Of a stretch of 64,000 nucleotides of DNA, positions 37,206 to 47,273 are shown piece after piece. The translations under genes and the position numbers were made by a program. A model generated the notes under the pieces. It saw only the letters and a program-made list of their open reading frames with translations, was not told the DNA's origin and did not search any database. How positions within the stretch are numbered: the first letter of the stretch is position 1; each line of letters opens with the position of its first letter. Source of the stretch: a bacterium (GTDB lineage Bacteria; Joyebacterota; Joyebacteria; Joyebacterales; Joyebacteraceae); the NCBI GenBank assembly GCA_025782395.1, contig JALGZD010000154.1:163-64162 (forward strand). Reading direction: 5' to 3'.

Positions 37206-38285
37206 ATGAGACTTTGCTTCCTGGCCGATGCCGGCTCCGCGAACACCCAAGTCTGGGTCGACTACTTCGCGGAATCGCTAGGCCATGACGTCCATATTGC
37301 GTCACTCAGCCGCGGTCGAGGTCTCAGTCCAGCTGTAACGCTCCACCAGCTTGGGCAGACGCGGGATACCCGGTCCTTGCGTTCGAAGCTGGGTTATCTC
37401 GCACAGGCAGGCAGGATTCGCGAGCTGGTGCGCGAGATATCGCCCGACATCGTTGTGGGATATCGCGTCGCGAGCTACGGATACGTCGGCGCCCGCACGG
37501 GTTTTCACCCACTGGCGGTCGCGGCGCAGGGGCAGAGGATCGTCTACCCTGTGCGTTCGCTGCCCAAGAGGCGGTCCGCCAAGATCGCCCTCAAGACCGC
37601 GGACATCATCAACTCGTGGGCCCCACACATGACGGATCGTCTGGTGGAACTGGGAGCCGACCCTGAGAAGATCCTGACGTGCCCGCGAGGGATCGATCTA
37701 ACGAAGTTCCGCCGACGCAACGGGAGCGCGTTGGCGGAATTCACGGTCGTCTCGACCCGAGGACTGAACAGGCATTACGGAGCGGACATTGTCCTTCGCG
37801 CGTCACGCCTTGCATCGGAGAGACTGGGCAATGTTCCCACCGCCATCGCGGGAGGTGGGGAAGCGGAATCGGAACTGAAAGAGCTGGTCAGGGACTTGGG
37901 AACCGCGACAGACGTGTGGTTCGCGGGGGAGATCCCCAACGATGAGCTGCCCAACCTGCTTGCTCGGAGCGATGTGTACGTGTCGGCGGTTCGCACCGAC
38001 GGCGTTTCGGCCTCTCTTCTCGAAGCCATGGCCTGCGGCTGCTTTCCCATCGTGACCGACAACGCAGCGAACCGGCTCTGGGTGGACGACGGGGTCAACG
38101 GGTTCCTGATTGCTGCCCCCGATCCCGGAGCGTTCGCAGCGGCCATAGTGCGGGCGATGGACGATCCGCCCCTCAGGCTCCGCGCTGCAGAGGTGAACCG
38201 CGCGATCGTTGAGAAACGGGCAGACATGAGTGTGAACATGCGCACGATATCCGACGCGTATCGCAAGCTGGTTGTCTCAGACTGA
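37206..38285 (+). CDS. GT4-family glycosyltransferase
   Basis: C-terminal GT-B signature DGVSASLLEAMACGCFPIVTDNAANRLWVDDGVNGFL. RBS GGGGAG before the ATG. Confidence 0.8.
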   Translation: MRLCFLADAGSANTQVWVDYFAESLGHDVHIASLSRGRGLSPAVTLHQLGQTRDTRSLRSKLGYLAQAGRIRELVREISPDIVVGYRVASYGYVGARTGFHPLAVAAQGQRIVYPVRSLPKRRSAKIALKTADIINSWAPHMTDRLVELGADPEKILTCPRGIDLTKFRRRNGSALAEFTVVSTRGLNRHYGADIVLRASRLASERLGNVPTAIAGGGEAESELKELVRDLGTATDVWFAGEIPNDELPNLLARSDVYVSAVRTDGVSASLLEAMACGCFPIVTDNAANRLWVDDGVNGFLIAAPDPGAFAAAIVRAMDDPPLRLRAAEVNRAIVEKRADMSVNMRTISDAYRKLVVSD

Positions 38286-38296
38286 CGGAGAGAACG

Positions 38297-39730
38297 ATGT
38301 CCGGTTGGAGGGAGAAGATATACGACCGCGTTCCGATTCCGGTCCAGAACCGGATTCTCTCTTGGCATGGCCGGCGAATGCTCCGGGAGCGCTTCGGGCC
38401 GGAGTACGACAAGTTAATGTCCTTCTTCGAGGAGTCCCAGTGGTACAGCCGAGAGGAGCTAAAGGCCTATCAGGCCGAAGGCCTTCAACGTCTGATTCGT
38501 CACGCGTACGAGACGGTTCCGTACTATCACGACATGATGTCGGACCGTGGTCTCACGCCCGCCGACATCAGGACAGAGGATGATCTGGTGAAGCTCTCCG
38601 TGCTGACGAAGCACGACGTGCGGGAGAACCGGTCCCGACTGCTGTCGACCTCGTGCGACCGCCTGAGTCTCAGGGAGGCGTATACTTCCGGCAGCACAGG
38701 GCCGCCGATTGGAGTCTTCTGGGACAGCAGCGTCACGGTTGTGAACAATGCCTGTCTGTGGAGATGCCGTCGGTGGGGCGGATTCGAGTTTGGTCGACCC
38801 TACGCCGGTCTTCTGGTTCATCCCATTGTCCCGGAACCTCAGAGCCGTCCGCCATACTGGCGCTGGAACGAGAGCTGGAACCAGCTTCTCCTGTCGTCTC
38901 TTCACTTGAGGGAAGACACCGTCGCGGAATACGTGGCCGAGATGCGCAGGGTGGGAGTCGAGGCGCTGGAGACCTACCCGTCGTCGGCATACGTGTTCGC
39001 GAAGTACATGGAGGCTGTTGGGGAACGCTTGCCACTCACGTGCGTCTTCACGACGTCGGAGCCGCTGCTCGACATCCAGCGTGAGATCGTCGAGGATCGC
39101 TTCTGCTGTCCAGTCTTCGATGCGTACAGTCAGGCCGAGAGGGTCATGTTCTCTGGTGAGTGTGACAGACATGTGGGGCACCACGTTCATGAGGAGTATG
39201 GAATCACAGAGCTTCTGGATGAGCACGATCAGCCGGTTGCTTCAGGGACGATGGGCAGGGTTGTGGCTACCGGCCTCCACAACTTCGCGATGCCGCTGAT
39301 TCGCTATGAGGTGGGGGACGCGGCGGCTTTCAGAGTGTCGCCGTGTGAGTGCGGGCGCGGACTGAGGCTCTTGGAGGGTGTGAGCACGAAGGCCGACGAT
39401 ATCCTGGTGCTGCCCGACGGGCGCCTCTTGCCTCCACCCGCGTTCATGCGGGCATTCAAGGGCTTCCGCGGCATTGAGCAGATCCAGGTTGTCCAGTACG
39501 AGCCGCAAAGCGTAACGGTGCGGATGGCCTGCACCGATGAGTTCGCGAGCGGCAGCGAGCAGGGGATAAGAGACAATCTCAGGATGAGGTTCGGAAACGA
39601 AGTGAAGATCATCTTCGAGTACGTGGATATGATCCCTCGCTCGTCGAGAGGGAAGTTCCGCACAGTGATTTCCACTGTGCCATTGTCGTGGGGGAATGTG
39701 TCCACCTCCAATCTGTATCAATCCGATTGA
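38297..39730 (+). CDS. Phenylacetate-CoA ligase/CapK/F390-synthetase-like adenylate-forming enzyme
   Basis: YTSGSTGPPIGVFW (adenylation P-loop-like), EEYGITE, and C-terminal PRSSRGKFRTV (catalytic Lys context). Confidence 0.7.
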   Translation: MSGWREKIYDRVPIPVQNRILSWHGRRMLRERFGPEYDKLMSFFEESQWYSREELKAYQAEGLQRLIRHAYETVPYYHDMMSDRGLTPADIRTEDDLVKLSVLTKHDVRENRSRLLSTSCDRLSLREAYTSGSTGPPIGVFWDSSVTVVNNACLWRCRRWGGFEFGRPYAGLLVHPIVPEPQSRPPYWRWNESWNQLLLSSLHLREDTVAEYVAEMRRVGVEALETYPSSAYVFAKYMEAVGERLPLTCVFTTSEPLLDIQREIVEDRFCCPVFDAYSQAERVMFSGECDRHVGHHVHEEYGITELLDEHDQPVASGTMGRVVATGLHNFAMPLIRYEVGDAAAFRVSPCECGRGLRLLEGVSTKADDILVLPDGRLLPPPAFMRAFKGFRGIEQIQVVQYEPQSVTVRMACTDEFASGSEQGIRDNLRMRFGNEVKIIFEYVDMIPRSSRGKFRTVISTVPLSWGNVSTSNLYQSD

Positions 39731-39804
39731 GCAGGTGGCTCCCACGCGTCGCACATGCCCGAGAAGTAGCTTGAGGGCAATCAGAACGAAGCACTGACCG
39801 GGGT

Positions 39805-42156
39805 TTGGGGGTCGATCTGGTGGCGAAACGCGTGCTGCATGTAATCCGCTCCCTGGAAGCTGGGGGAGCAGAGCGCGTCGTCGTAGAGTACGCACTTCAT
39901 CACGATGTGTCTCGGTACTCTCCGGAGGTCTGCTGTCTCGACACGGACGGTAGACTTGCGGAAACGCTTCGCGACGCCGGTATTCCGGTGCACACGCTCC
40001 GCCGGAAGAGACGATTCGACCTCGGTGTTCTCTTCCAGCTGGTGAAGCTCATCTCCGAACGCAGATTCGACGTGGTGCACAGCCACGGCTCAGGGGCCAT
40101 GGCTTTCGCTGTGCCCGCGGGCGTGATCGCGGGAACACCGGTGATCGTGAGAACAGAGCATAATGTCGTCTATAACGGGTCCAGGCGGCGGCGGGTTCTG
40201 CGACGTCTCGCGGCTCTGAGGGAGGATGCACAGATTGCCGTGTCAGAAGCTGTGCGGCTGTCGCACATACGTGACGGAGGGGTACCGGCTGAGCGCTTCG
40301 TGACGATCCGAAACGGCATCGCGGCTGAGCGCCTGGCCGTACAGTCCGGTCGAGACGACGCGAGTCGCTCACTCGGCGTTTCGAACAGCGCCGTCGTGGC
40401 GCTGGCTGTGGGGAGTCTCACCGAGCAGAAGGACTACGTGAATCTGCTCAAGGCAGCGGCAGTAGTCGTGGCGCGCTTTCCGGACATTGTGTTCCTCATC
40501 GCCGGCGGTGGGGTTCTCGAAGGCGATCTCGCAAGCGCCGCCTCCACTCTGGGCGTGGGCGACAAGGTTCGGTTCCTCGGAGAGCGCGACGACGTGCCCC
40601 TGCTGCTCAGCCGCGCGGATATCATGGTGAACTCGTCGGCGTGGGAAGGCCTTCCGATAACGATTCTCGAGGCGATGGCGGCTGGGGTTCCAATAGTCGC
40701 GACGGATGTGGGTGGCACCGCGAAAGTTATCTCCGGAGACGACTGCGGACTCGTCGTGCCCTCCAAGGACCCCGAGTCTCTCGCGGCAGCGATTCTGAAA
40801 CTGGCGGAGACCCCTGAGCTTCGAGAACAACTGTCCTCTCGGGCTCGACAGATCTACCGGCGCAGGTATACGGCAGAGCAGATGACTCGAGAGACCGAAG
40901 CTCTCTACGATGTCTGCCGGCAGCGTTCTGCGCACCTTCTCGCATCCGGGCGGGTCAGGATTCTCTACATGATTGGGTGTCTGGCGAGAGGAGGAGCGGA
41001 ACGCCAACTAGCTGAACTGGTCACGCGAGTGGACCTTGAGCGTTTCGAGCCGGTTGTCTGCTCGCTTGCGCCGCTAGGTGCGCTTGCGGAGCCGATTGAA
41101 CGGGCGGGGGTCCGGGTCATGTCGCTCGAGAAGCGTCCCGGAGTCGGCTTTCTGGCACTGTGGCGCATTGTCCGTCTCATCCACGAGTTGCGGCCCGCGG
41201 TGCTTCACTCGTACCTCCCCCCCGCGAACTGGAGAGGACTCGTCGCAGGACGCGCTACCGCCGTACCGCTCATCGTGTCCTCCGTCAGGAATGTCGATTT
41301 TCACCTCGGCCTCGTGTCATCGATGCGCGACAGGGTGCTAGCCGTGCTGATTGACGTGATGGTGGCGAATGCAGAAGCCGTTCGTGACTATGTCATAGGC
41401 TCTCACTGGGTTTCCCGCGCCCGGACGCGCGTCATCTACAACGGCATATGCATTGGCAGACTGAACGGGAGTGAATCCAATCTCCGGAGCCGTTCCGGCA
41501 GTGCACATAGCGGCGGGACGGTTGTCGTTGTCGCCAGCCTGACTCCGAAGAAGGACCACGAGACCTTCCTGGCCTCAGCCCGTCTGGTGGCGGACGTGCT
41601 GCCGGACACTCGCTTTGTCATCGTCGGCGACGGGGAACTGAGAAACCATCTTGTCAATCGCACGGCTGAGCTGGGACTCGAGGACTGTGTGGTCTTCACT
41701 GGAGAGACGCCCGCTGTCGGGTTGCACCTGTCCGAGGCCGACGTGTCGGTGCTGACGTCGCTCAGAGAGGGGTGCTCTAATGTGGTCTTGGAGTCGATGG
41801 TGCTCGAGCGGCCCGTGGTCGCGACGGACGTCGGCGGAAACCGTGAACTCATCGAGGACGGTGTCACGGGCTTCCTCGTGAAGGCGGGAGATGTCGAAGG
41901 TATAGCCCGCAAGGTGATAGATCTCCTCGCCGACGAGCCACTCAGACAAAGGATGGGGAAGGCGGGTCGCGAGCGCGTTATCGAGAGGTTCGTGGCCGAG
42001 CGGATGATATCAGACACGATCGCGCTCTACGAGGAGATGCTCGACGCGCGCGTGCCTGGGCTGATGGACTGGACGCGCACTCGGAAGGCTCGGTACGGCT
42101 CCGAGCCGATCGCAACGCTCAAGCGCGGATCGGACTTGGTGGGGGAGCGGACATGA
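39805..42156 (+). CDS. Tandem GT4-GT4 fusion glycosyltransferase
   Basis: Two complete GT-B modules. Module 1: VLHVIRSLEAGGAERVV ... WEGLPITILEAMAAGVPIVATDVGG. Module 2: RILYMIGCLARGGAERQL ... REGCSNVVLESMVLERPVVATDVGGNRELIEDGVTGFLV. Start TTG 39805 or GTG 39820. Confidence 0.8.
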   Translation: MGVDLVAKRVLHVIRSLEAGGAERVVVEYALHHDVSRYSPEVCCLDTDGRLAETLRDAGIPVHTLRRKRRFDLGVLFQLVKLISERRFDVVHSHGSGAMAFAVPAGVIAGTPVIVRTEHNVVYNGSRRRRVLRRLAALREDAQIAVSEAVRLSHIRDGGVPAERFVTIRNGIAAERLAVQSGRDDASRSLGVSNSAVVALAVGSLTEQKDYVNLLKAAAVVVARFPDIVFLIAGGGVLEGDLASAASTLGVGDKVRFLGERDDVPLLLSRADIMVNSSAWEGLPITILEAMAAGVPIVATDVGGTAKVISGDDCGLVVPSKDPESLAAAILKLAETPELREQLSSRARQIYRRRYTAEQMTRETEALYDVCRQRSAHLLASGRVRILYMIGCLARGGAERQLAELVTRVDLERFEPVVCSLAPLGALAEPIERAGVRVMSLEKRPGVGFLALWRIVRLIHELRPAVLHSYLPPANWRGLVAGRATAVPLIVSSVRNVDFHLGLVSSMRDRVLAVLIDVMVANAEAVRDYVIGSHWVSRARTRVIYNGICIGRLNGSESNLRSRSGSAHSGGTVVVVASLTPKKDHETFLASARLVADVLPDTRFVIVGDGELRNHLVNRTAELGLEDCVVFTGETPAVGLHLSEADVSVLTSLREGCSNVVLESMVLERPVVATDVGGNRELIEDGVTGFLVKAGDVEGIARKVIDLLADEPLRQRMGKAGRERVIERFVAERMISDTIALYEEMLDARVPGLMDWTRTRKARYGSEPIATLKRGSDLVGERT

Positions 42157-43283
42157 CAGTGCGGAACACAGAAACGCGGGCGTTGTCCCGAGTGTGCCGA
42201 GACGTGGCGCGAGCAGTTCGCAACTCGCCGACGGTCGTTCGCTTGCTGAGTGCCGTGCCGGCCCGTGGGTGCGCGATTCTGCGCTACCATTCCGTCAACG
42301 ACGACCCTGCTTGGGTGAACGGCTACCTGCCCCCGAGTATCGTTGTAACGCCGAAAGCGTTCGAGGAGCATGTGCGGTATCTACGCAGGCACTTTGAGAT
42401 CGTGCCTATAGGACGGATCATCGAACTCGTCGCGAACGGACGAACGCCCGATCACAGATGGGTGGCGCTGACGTTCGACGACGGATACGAGGACAACTAC
42501 CGGGTCGCGTTTCCGATTCTGCGGGAGCATGGTGCCACAGCCGCTTTCTACATCACGACGGCGTGCGTCAGCGACGAGACGATCCTCTGGGGCGTGCGGC
42601 TTAGGCATGCGATCTGGAACACCGAGCGGACGGACCTCATCTGTCCATCGCTTGGGCACCGTCCCATCGACCTCTCCACAGAGGAATCTCGACATCGAAC
42701 TACGCGTTGGATCACCGGACTTGTGAAGTCCCGTGGGAAGACTGAGGCCGACGAGCTTCTTGACGAAGTCTTCGAAGAATGCGGCGTGCCGGTCGGGCAG
42801 ATCAGTCGCAGGATCATGATGAGCTGGGATGAGATTCGGGAGATGAGGGCCGCCGGAATGACGATAGGCGCGCACACGGCGAACCACTACAACCTCACGT
42901 GCCTTGACGATAGTGATGTCACCGCTGAAGTCGAGATCTCGAAGGAGACGATCGAAGCGGCACTCGGTGATCGGGTGGATCACTTCGCCTATCCAAACGG
43001 GAGAACCGACAAGCACTGTGACGCGCGGGTGGCGGGAATCGTGGCGAAGGCCGGCTATGAATCGGCAGTGACATCGGTGAATGGGCCGGCGGGGGGCAGG
43101 TTTTCGCCGTACGGTGTTCCTCGCGTCGGCATTGCAACTCGTCGCACCGGGATTGCGAAGTTCGCCGCCGATCTGCAGTACACGAGACTGTCGAGAGTAG
43201 TATCGCCCTCGATCGCCGAGATCAGTGCCGCAAGGAACGGCGCGGGCCGGGCCGCAAGGCGTAGCCGTGCGGAGCGTGAATAG
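42153..43283 (+). CDS. Polysaccharide deacetylase (CE4/NodB family)
   Basis: NodB motifs VALTFDDGYEDNY, GAHTANHYNL and FAYPNGR. ATGA overlap with the preceding gene. Confidence 0.85.
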   Translation: MTVRNTETRALSRVCRDVARAVRNSPTVVRLLSAVPARGCAILRYHSVNDDPAWVNGYLPPSIVVTPKAFEEHVRYLRRHFEIVPIGRIIELVANGRTPDHRWVALTFDDGYEDNYRVAFPILREHGATAAFYITTACVSDETILWGVRLRHAIWNTERTDLICPSLGHRPIDLSTEESRHRTTRWITGLVKSRGKTEADELLDEVFEECGVPVGQISRRIMMSWDEIREMRAAGMTIGAHTANHYNLTCLDDSDVTAEVEISKETIEAALGDRVDHFAYPNGRTDKHCDARVAGIVAKAGYESAVTSVNGPAGGRFSPYGVPRVGIATRRTGIAKFAADLQYTRLSRVVSPSIAEISAARNGAGRAARRSRAERE

Positions 43284-43284
43284 A

Positions 43285-44523
43285 GTGACGCAGGCGAAGA
43301 CACAGAGTGCGACGCGAGCGGCGGGGCAACTGCCGGTGAAGGTAGCCTTCTGGGCCGGGTCGTTTGAACGCGCCGGTACGCAGCAGTTCCTTCTGGAGCT
43401 CCTGCGCAGAATCGATCGCGAGCGTTTCGATCCCGTCGTGATGTCGACCGTCAAGACAGGAGAGCTCCTCTCCGATATCGAGTCGCTGGACATCGAGGTC
43501 CACGAGTTCGGCACGGGCAGGGCGCTTCTGAGTCCGGCCACGATCCGTGGTCTTCTCCGGGCCGCACGGTTTCTCAGGCGCGAGCGAGTGGCGGTGCTTA
43601 ATTGCATGCTGGGGTTGACCACGCTCGTGGGGCCGTTCGTCGGGCGTGTCGCGGGGGTCCCCGTTGTGCTGAACAATCAGCGCAATCTCAGCTACTGGAT
43701 TCACGGGAGATTCCGTGAGGGGGTCTACGGTTTCGTCAACAGAAGGCTTGTGGATGCTGTGCTTGTGAACTCCGCGGCTGCTGCGGCTGAGCTCGTGAAG
43801 CGATTCAGGGTCCCGCCAGAGAAAGTCGTCTCGGTAGGCACCGGTATCGATCTCAGACGTATCGCCGAAGCCCGCGCAGGAGATGAACTCGCGAGTGAGC
43901 TTGGGCTCGCAGGACGGACCGTCGTTGGGACCGTGGCCAAGCTCAGCCCTGTGAAGGGGCACCAGCACTTCATTGCGGCGGCCGCCGAAATCGCCAAGGC
44001 AAGACCCGACGTAGTCTTTCTTATCGTAGGTGATGGAATCAGGAAGAAGGAACTCGAGGATATGGCGACGGAGCTGGGAATCGCGGACAGAGTCACATTC
44101 GCAGGTGTGCGAGACGACGTACCGTCGCTTCTTGAACTGATGGATGTGTTCGTTCTGGGTTCGCTCTCAGAGGGTTCACCGAACGCCGTTCTCGAAGCGA
44201 TGGCGGCAGGTCTGCCGGTGGTCGCCACTGATGTCGGCGGTCTCCCTGAAATGGTCATCGACGGCGAGAGCGGGATCCTCGTGCCGCCCGGTGATTCTGA
44301 TGCGCTGGCGGAGGCCATCGGCGAGCTTCTGGATGATCCGTCGCGCGCCGAAACGATGGGACGCGCGGGTCTGGCGCTGGCAATGGACAGGCATGACATC
44401 GAGAAGGTCGTTCGGGAGGTGGAAGGCGTCATGGATCGTCTGCTCGATGCGTCCCGCGATCGGGTGTCCGGGGCACGCGGGCGATCCGTTTCCGAAAGCG
44501 TCAAGTTGGAGCAGCAGGAATGA
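43285..44523 (+). CDS. GT4-family glycosyltransferase
   Basis: SLSEGSPNAVLEAMAAGLPVVATDVGGLPEMVIDGESGILV. Proposed start is GTG 43285 just after the upstream stop; the ORF-track start 43225 overlaps by 59 nt. Confidence 0.8.
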   Translation: MTQAKTQSATRAAGQLPVKVAFWAGSFERAGTQQFLLELLRRIDRERFDPVVMSTVKTGELLSDIESLDIEVHEFGTGRALLSPATIRGLLRAARFLRRERVAVLNCMLGLTTLVGPFVGRVAGVPVVLNNQRNLSYWIHGRFREGVYGFVNRRLVDAVLVNSAAAAAELVKRFRVPPEKVVSVGTGIDLRRIAEARAGDELASELGLAGRTVVGTVAKLSPVKGHQHFIAAAAEIAKARPDVVFLIVGDGIRKKELEDMATELGIADRVTFAGVRDDVPSLLELMDVFVLGSLSEGSPNAVLEAMAAGLPVVATDVGGLPEMVIDGESGILVPPGDSDALAEAIGELLDDPSRAETMGRAGLALAMDRHDIEKVVREVEGVMDRLLDASRDRVSGARGRSVSESVKLEQQE

Positions 44524-46325
44524 GGGTGCTTTTCATCACACAGTACTACCCTCCGGAGACGGGGGCGGCGCCGGCTCGTGCCTATCACTTCGCAAGGGGA
44601 CTCGCGAGGAGAGGACATGACGTCACCGTCGTTACGGGTATGCCCAATCACCCAAGCGGCGTCAAGCATGCGGCCTACCGATGGCGCATGGCGGCCAGGG
44701 AGGAGCACGACGACATCAAGGTGCGTCGCTGTTCCCTCTACGCCAGCCCAAAGAAGACGTTCGCGAGGCGTCTTCTCAACCAGTTCTCGTTCATGCTCAC
44801 GTCTTTCTTCGGCAGCCTGACAGTGCGTCGCTCGGACATCGTTCTTGTCACTTCACCGCCCCTTTTCCTCGGGATCACCGCGTGGCTCATAGCGATCCTG
44901 AAAGGCGTTCCGTTCGTGCTCGATGTGCGTGACTACTGGCCACACGCCGCAGTGGCGCTGGGGCAGCTCAGCGACAGACGCATCATCAGATGCGCGGAGC
45001 GACTGGAGATGTTGCTCTACCGGCACGCAGCCATGGTCGTCGCCGTTACGCCCGGGATGGTTCGCCTGATCAAGGAGCGCGGCATCTCGGAACAACGTGT
45101 TGTGCTCATCACGAACGGTTCCGACACAGAGACATTCACTCCCGGGGAGCGCAGTGTCGACATCGACGAGGAGTGCATGACGGTTCTCTACAGCGGCACT
45201 CACGGGCTGGTTCATGGCATGGATGTGATCATCGAGACCGCCGACATTCTGAGGGACGATAAGAGCCTACGCTTCCTCCTGATCGGCGATGGGGTCGCGA
45301 AGGACAGGCTCGTGTCTACGGCTCTCAGGAAGGGACTCACGAATATTGAGTTCCGTAGCAGTCTCAGGCCGGTGGAGCTCGCCACTGCCATCCATTGTGC
45401 TGGAGTATGCATCGCGACCACCGACGGTTCCGAGTTCAGCCGCGGGACCATACCGGTCAAGCTCTTCGACTACATGGCGTGTGGTCGCCCGGTTGTTGCG
45501 GCGCTTGAGGGCGACGGCGCCGAGTGTGTCAATCGGTCGGGCGGCGGTATCGTTGTGACTCCAGGCGACGCCGGGGCGTTGGCTGAAGCGCTCAAGCGCC
45601 TCGCCGATGACGGGGAGTGTCGAGAGAGACTCGGGAAGGCGGGGAGTGAGTTCGTGGCGAGGGAGTACTCGCGCGGGATCCTGGCTGAGAAGATGGAAGA
45701 GCTCCTCGACAAGATCGTCGCTGCTGAGCGATCGCTCAAAGGAAAACACCTTGCGTTCAGGCGCTATCTTGCCATCAAGTACACGCTCGACTTCGTAGGC
45801 GCTCTCCTCCTGATCGTTCTTGGCGCACCCATCTTCCTGGCGGCGGCGATCGTCGTCAGGCTGGACTCTCGGGGGAGAACCGTATTCAGGCAGCGCAGGA
45901 TCGGGATCCATTCGCACGAATTCACGATACTCAAGTTCCGGACGATGAAGGAAGAAACACCCGATCTTGCCACGGATCTCATAGTGCACGAAGACGTGGA
46001 CTATACAACGCGTGTCGGTCGTATTCTGAGGAAGACGGGCGCAGACGAGCTCCCGAATCTGATCAATATCCTGAGGGGAGAGATGAGCATCGTCGGGCCG
46101 CGCCCCGCGCTCTACAACCAGTACGAACTGATAGATCTCAGGTGTCGGACACTTGGAGATCTGGTCAGACCCGGTCTGACCGGTTGGGCGCAGATAAACG
46201 GAAGGGACGCGATCTCACTCGATGAGAAGGTGAGACTCGACGCGTTCTATGTGAAGAACTGTTCGTTCCTCCTGGATCTCAAGATCTGCATGAGAACGGT
46301 CTTCGTTCTGTGCAACACGGAGTAG
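44520..46325 (+). CDS. Fusion of WcaI/WbuB-like GT4 glycosyltransferase (aa 1-~400) with a monotopic phosphoglycosyl transferase (Bac_transf, aa ~405-601)
   Basis: N-terminus MRVLFITQYYPPETGAAPARAYHFARGLARRGHDVTVVTGMPNHPSG. C-terminus has a re-entrant helix (FVGALLLIVLGAPIFLAAAIVV), then FRQRRIG...FTILKFRTMK and DELPNLINILRGEMSIVGPRP. Confidence 0.85.
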   Translation: MRVLFITQYYPPETGAAPARAYHFARGLARRGHDVTVVTGMPNHPSGVKHAAYRWRMAAREEHDDIKVRRCSLYASPKKTFARRLLNQFSFMLTSFFGSLTVRRSDIVLVTSPPLFLGITAWLIAILKGVPFVLDVRDYWPHAAVALGQLSDRRIIRCAERLEMLLYRHAAMVVAVTPGMVRLIKERGISEQRVVLITNGSDTETFTPGERSVDIDEECMTVLYSGTHGLVHGMDVIIETADILRDDKSLRFLLIGDGVAKDRLVSTALRKGLTNIEFRSSLRPVELATAIHCAGVCIATTDGSEFSRGTIPVKLFDYMACGRPVVAALEGDGAECVNRSGGGIVVTPGDAGALAEALKRLADDGECRERLGKAGSEFVAREYSRGILAEKMEELLDKIVAAERSLKGKHLAFRRYLAIKYTLDFVGALLLIVLGAPIFLAAAIVVRLDSRGRTVFRQRRIGIHSHEFTILKFRTMKEETPDLATDLIVHEDVDYTTRVGRILRKTGADELPNLINILRGEMSIVGPRPALYNQYELIDLRCRTLGDLVRPGLTGWAQINGRDAISLDEKVRLDAFYVKNCSFLLDLKICMRTVFVLCNTE

Positions 46326-47273
46326 ATGGGGCGGGGAACAGGCATTCGAAGGAGAGAGCGCGACGTGGAGCGAAAAGCAGAATCGGCGAAGAGCCCGACC
46401 TGGATAGTGGAAGTCGGCACGGCCGCGGCCGTGCTGCTTCTGACAGTTCTCGTCTATCGCGGTACGTTCGCGACGCTCTGGAGAACGTGGGCGACGAATC
46501 CGAACTACTCACACGGCTATCTTATTCCGCCCGTTGTCGCGTTTCTCCTTTGGAGAGACCGCGGTCGTTTCCTGGACAGGCGATCATCCGGTTCGGGCTG
46601 GGGCGTGTTCCTCGTGGCCGTTGCTCTCCTGGGTCATGTGGTGTCGCTGAGGGCCGGCGTCTTTATGACGCAGGGCTATTCGTTTGTCCTTCTGCTCTTT
46701 GGGCTTTCGCTCATCTTCTTCGGAGGCAGGGCGACGCGGACTGTGTGGTTCCCGCTCGCGTATCTGGTCTTCATGCTCCCCATGCCACCCTATCTGATGA
46801 ACGTCGCCAGTTTCAGGTTGAAGCTCGTGGCGGCTCATGTCGGGAGCGCGATCGCGATCAAGATGGGCATACCGCTCGCCCGCTCGGGGATGACCATTCA
46901 CATTCCAGCCGGATCCCTTCGGATAGCCGACCCATGCAGCGGTTTGAGGTCGCTCATAGCCCTTGTCGCTCTGGGGGCGCTGTTCGCCTGGTTCACGAGT
47001 GGCCGCGGGTGGAAGAGAGGCGTGCTCTTTCTGTCGGCGATTCCGCTTGCCGTCCTTGGCAACACGATACGGATCGCCATCCTCTGTGCAGTGGCCAACG
47101 TATGGGGGATCGACGTGGCGCTTGGGTTCTTTCACGATTTCTCAGGCTTTCTGCTGTTCGCGATTGCATTGTGTGGTTTCTTCATCGTGCGGAGACTCCT
47201 CCGATGTGAGGGGGACGGCGCCGGTGACGCCGAAGAGGAAGGTTGTCCTGCCGGACAGGGGGTGGCGAGATGA
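46326..47273 (+). CDS. xrtA: Exosortase (XrtA-like by neighbourhood)
   Basis: NPNYSHGYLIPPV. Catalytic Cys in ADPCSGLRSL (TGC 46935-46937), Arg in LGNTIRIA, His in FFHDFSGFLLF. About 8 TM helices. Subtype inferred only from the adjacent epsI/prsK/prsR. Confidence 0.85.
   Translation: MGRGTGIRRRERDVERKAESAKSPTWIVEVGTAAAVLLLTVLVYRGTFATLWRTWATNPNYSHGYLIPPVVAFLLWRDRGRFLDRRSSGSGWGVFLVAVALLGHVVSLRAGVFMTQGYSFVLLLFGLSLIFFGGRATRTVWFPLAYLVFMLPMPPYLMNVASFRLKLVAAHVGSAIAIKMGIPLARSGMTIHIPAGSLRIADPCSGLRSLIALVALGALFAWFTSGRGWKRGVLFLSAIPLAVLGNTIRIAILCAVANVWGIDVALGFFHDFSGFLLFAIALCGFFIVRRLLRCEGDGAGDAEEEGCPAGQGVAR

Noticed and set aside
42381-43676. 431-aa minus-strand ORF, the largest of many long antisense ORFs. 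Others are 27079-28293, 25988-26968, 32598-33659, 43725-44708, 24251-25309, 21108-21929 and 7340-8167.
   Set aside because: Each lies entirely opposite a plus-strand gene with clear family motifs (NodB deacetylase, BY-kinase, Wza, GT39, GT4, gltX/ddl, radA, methyltransferase). Their translations are Arg/Pro/Ser-rich low-complexity sequences typical of shadow ORFs in high-GC DNA.
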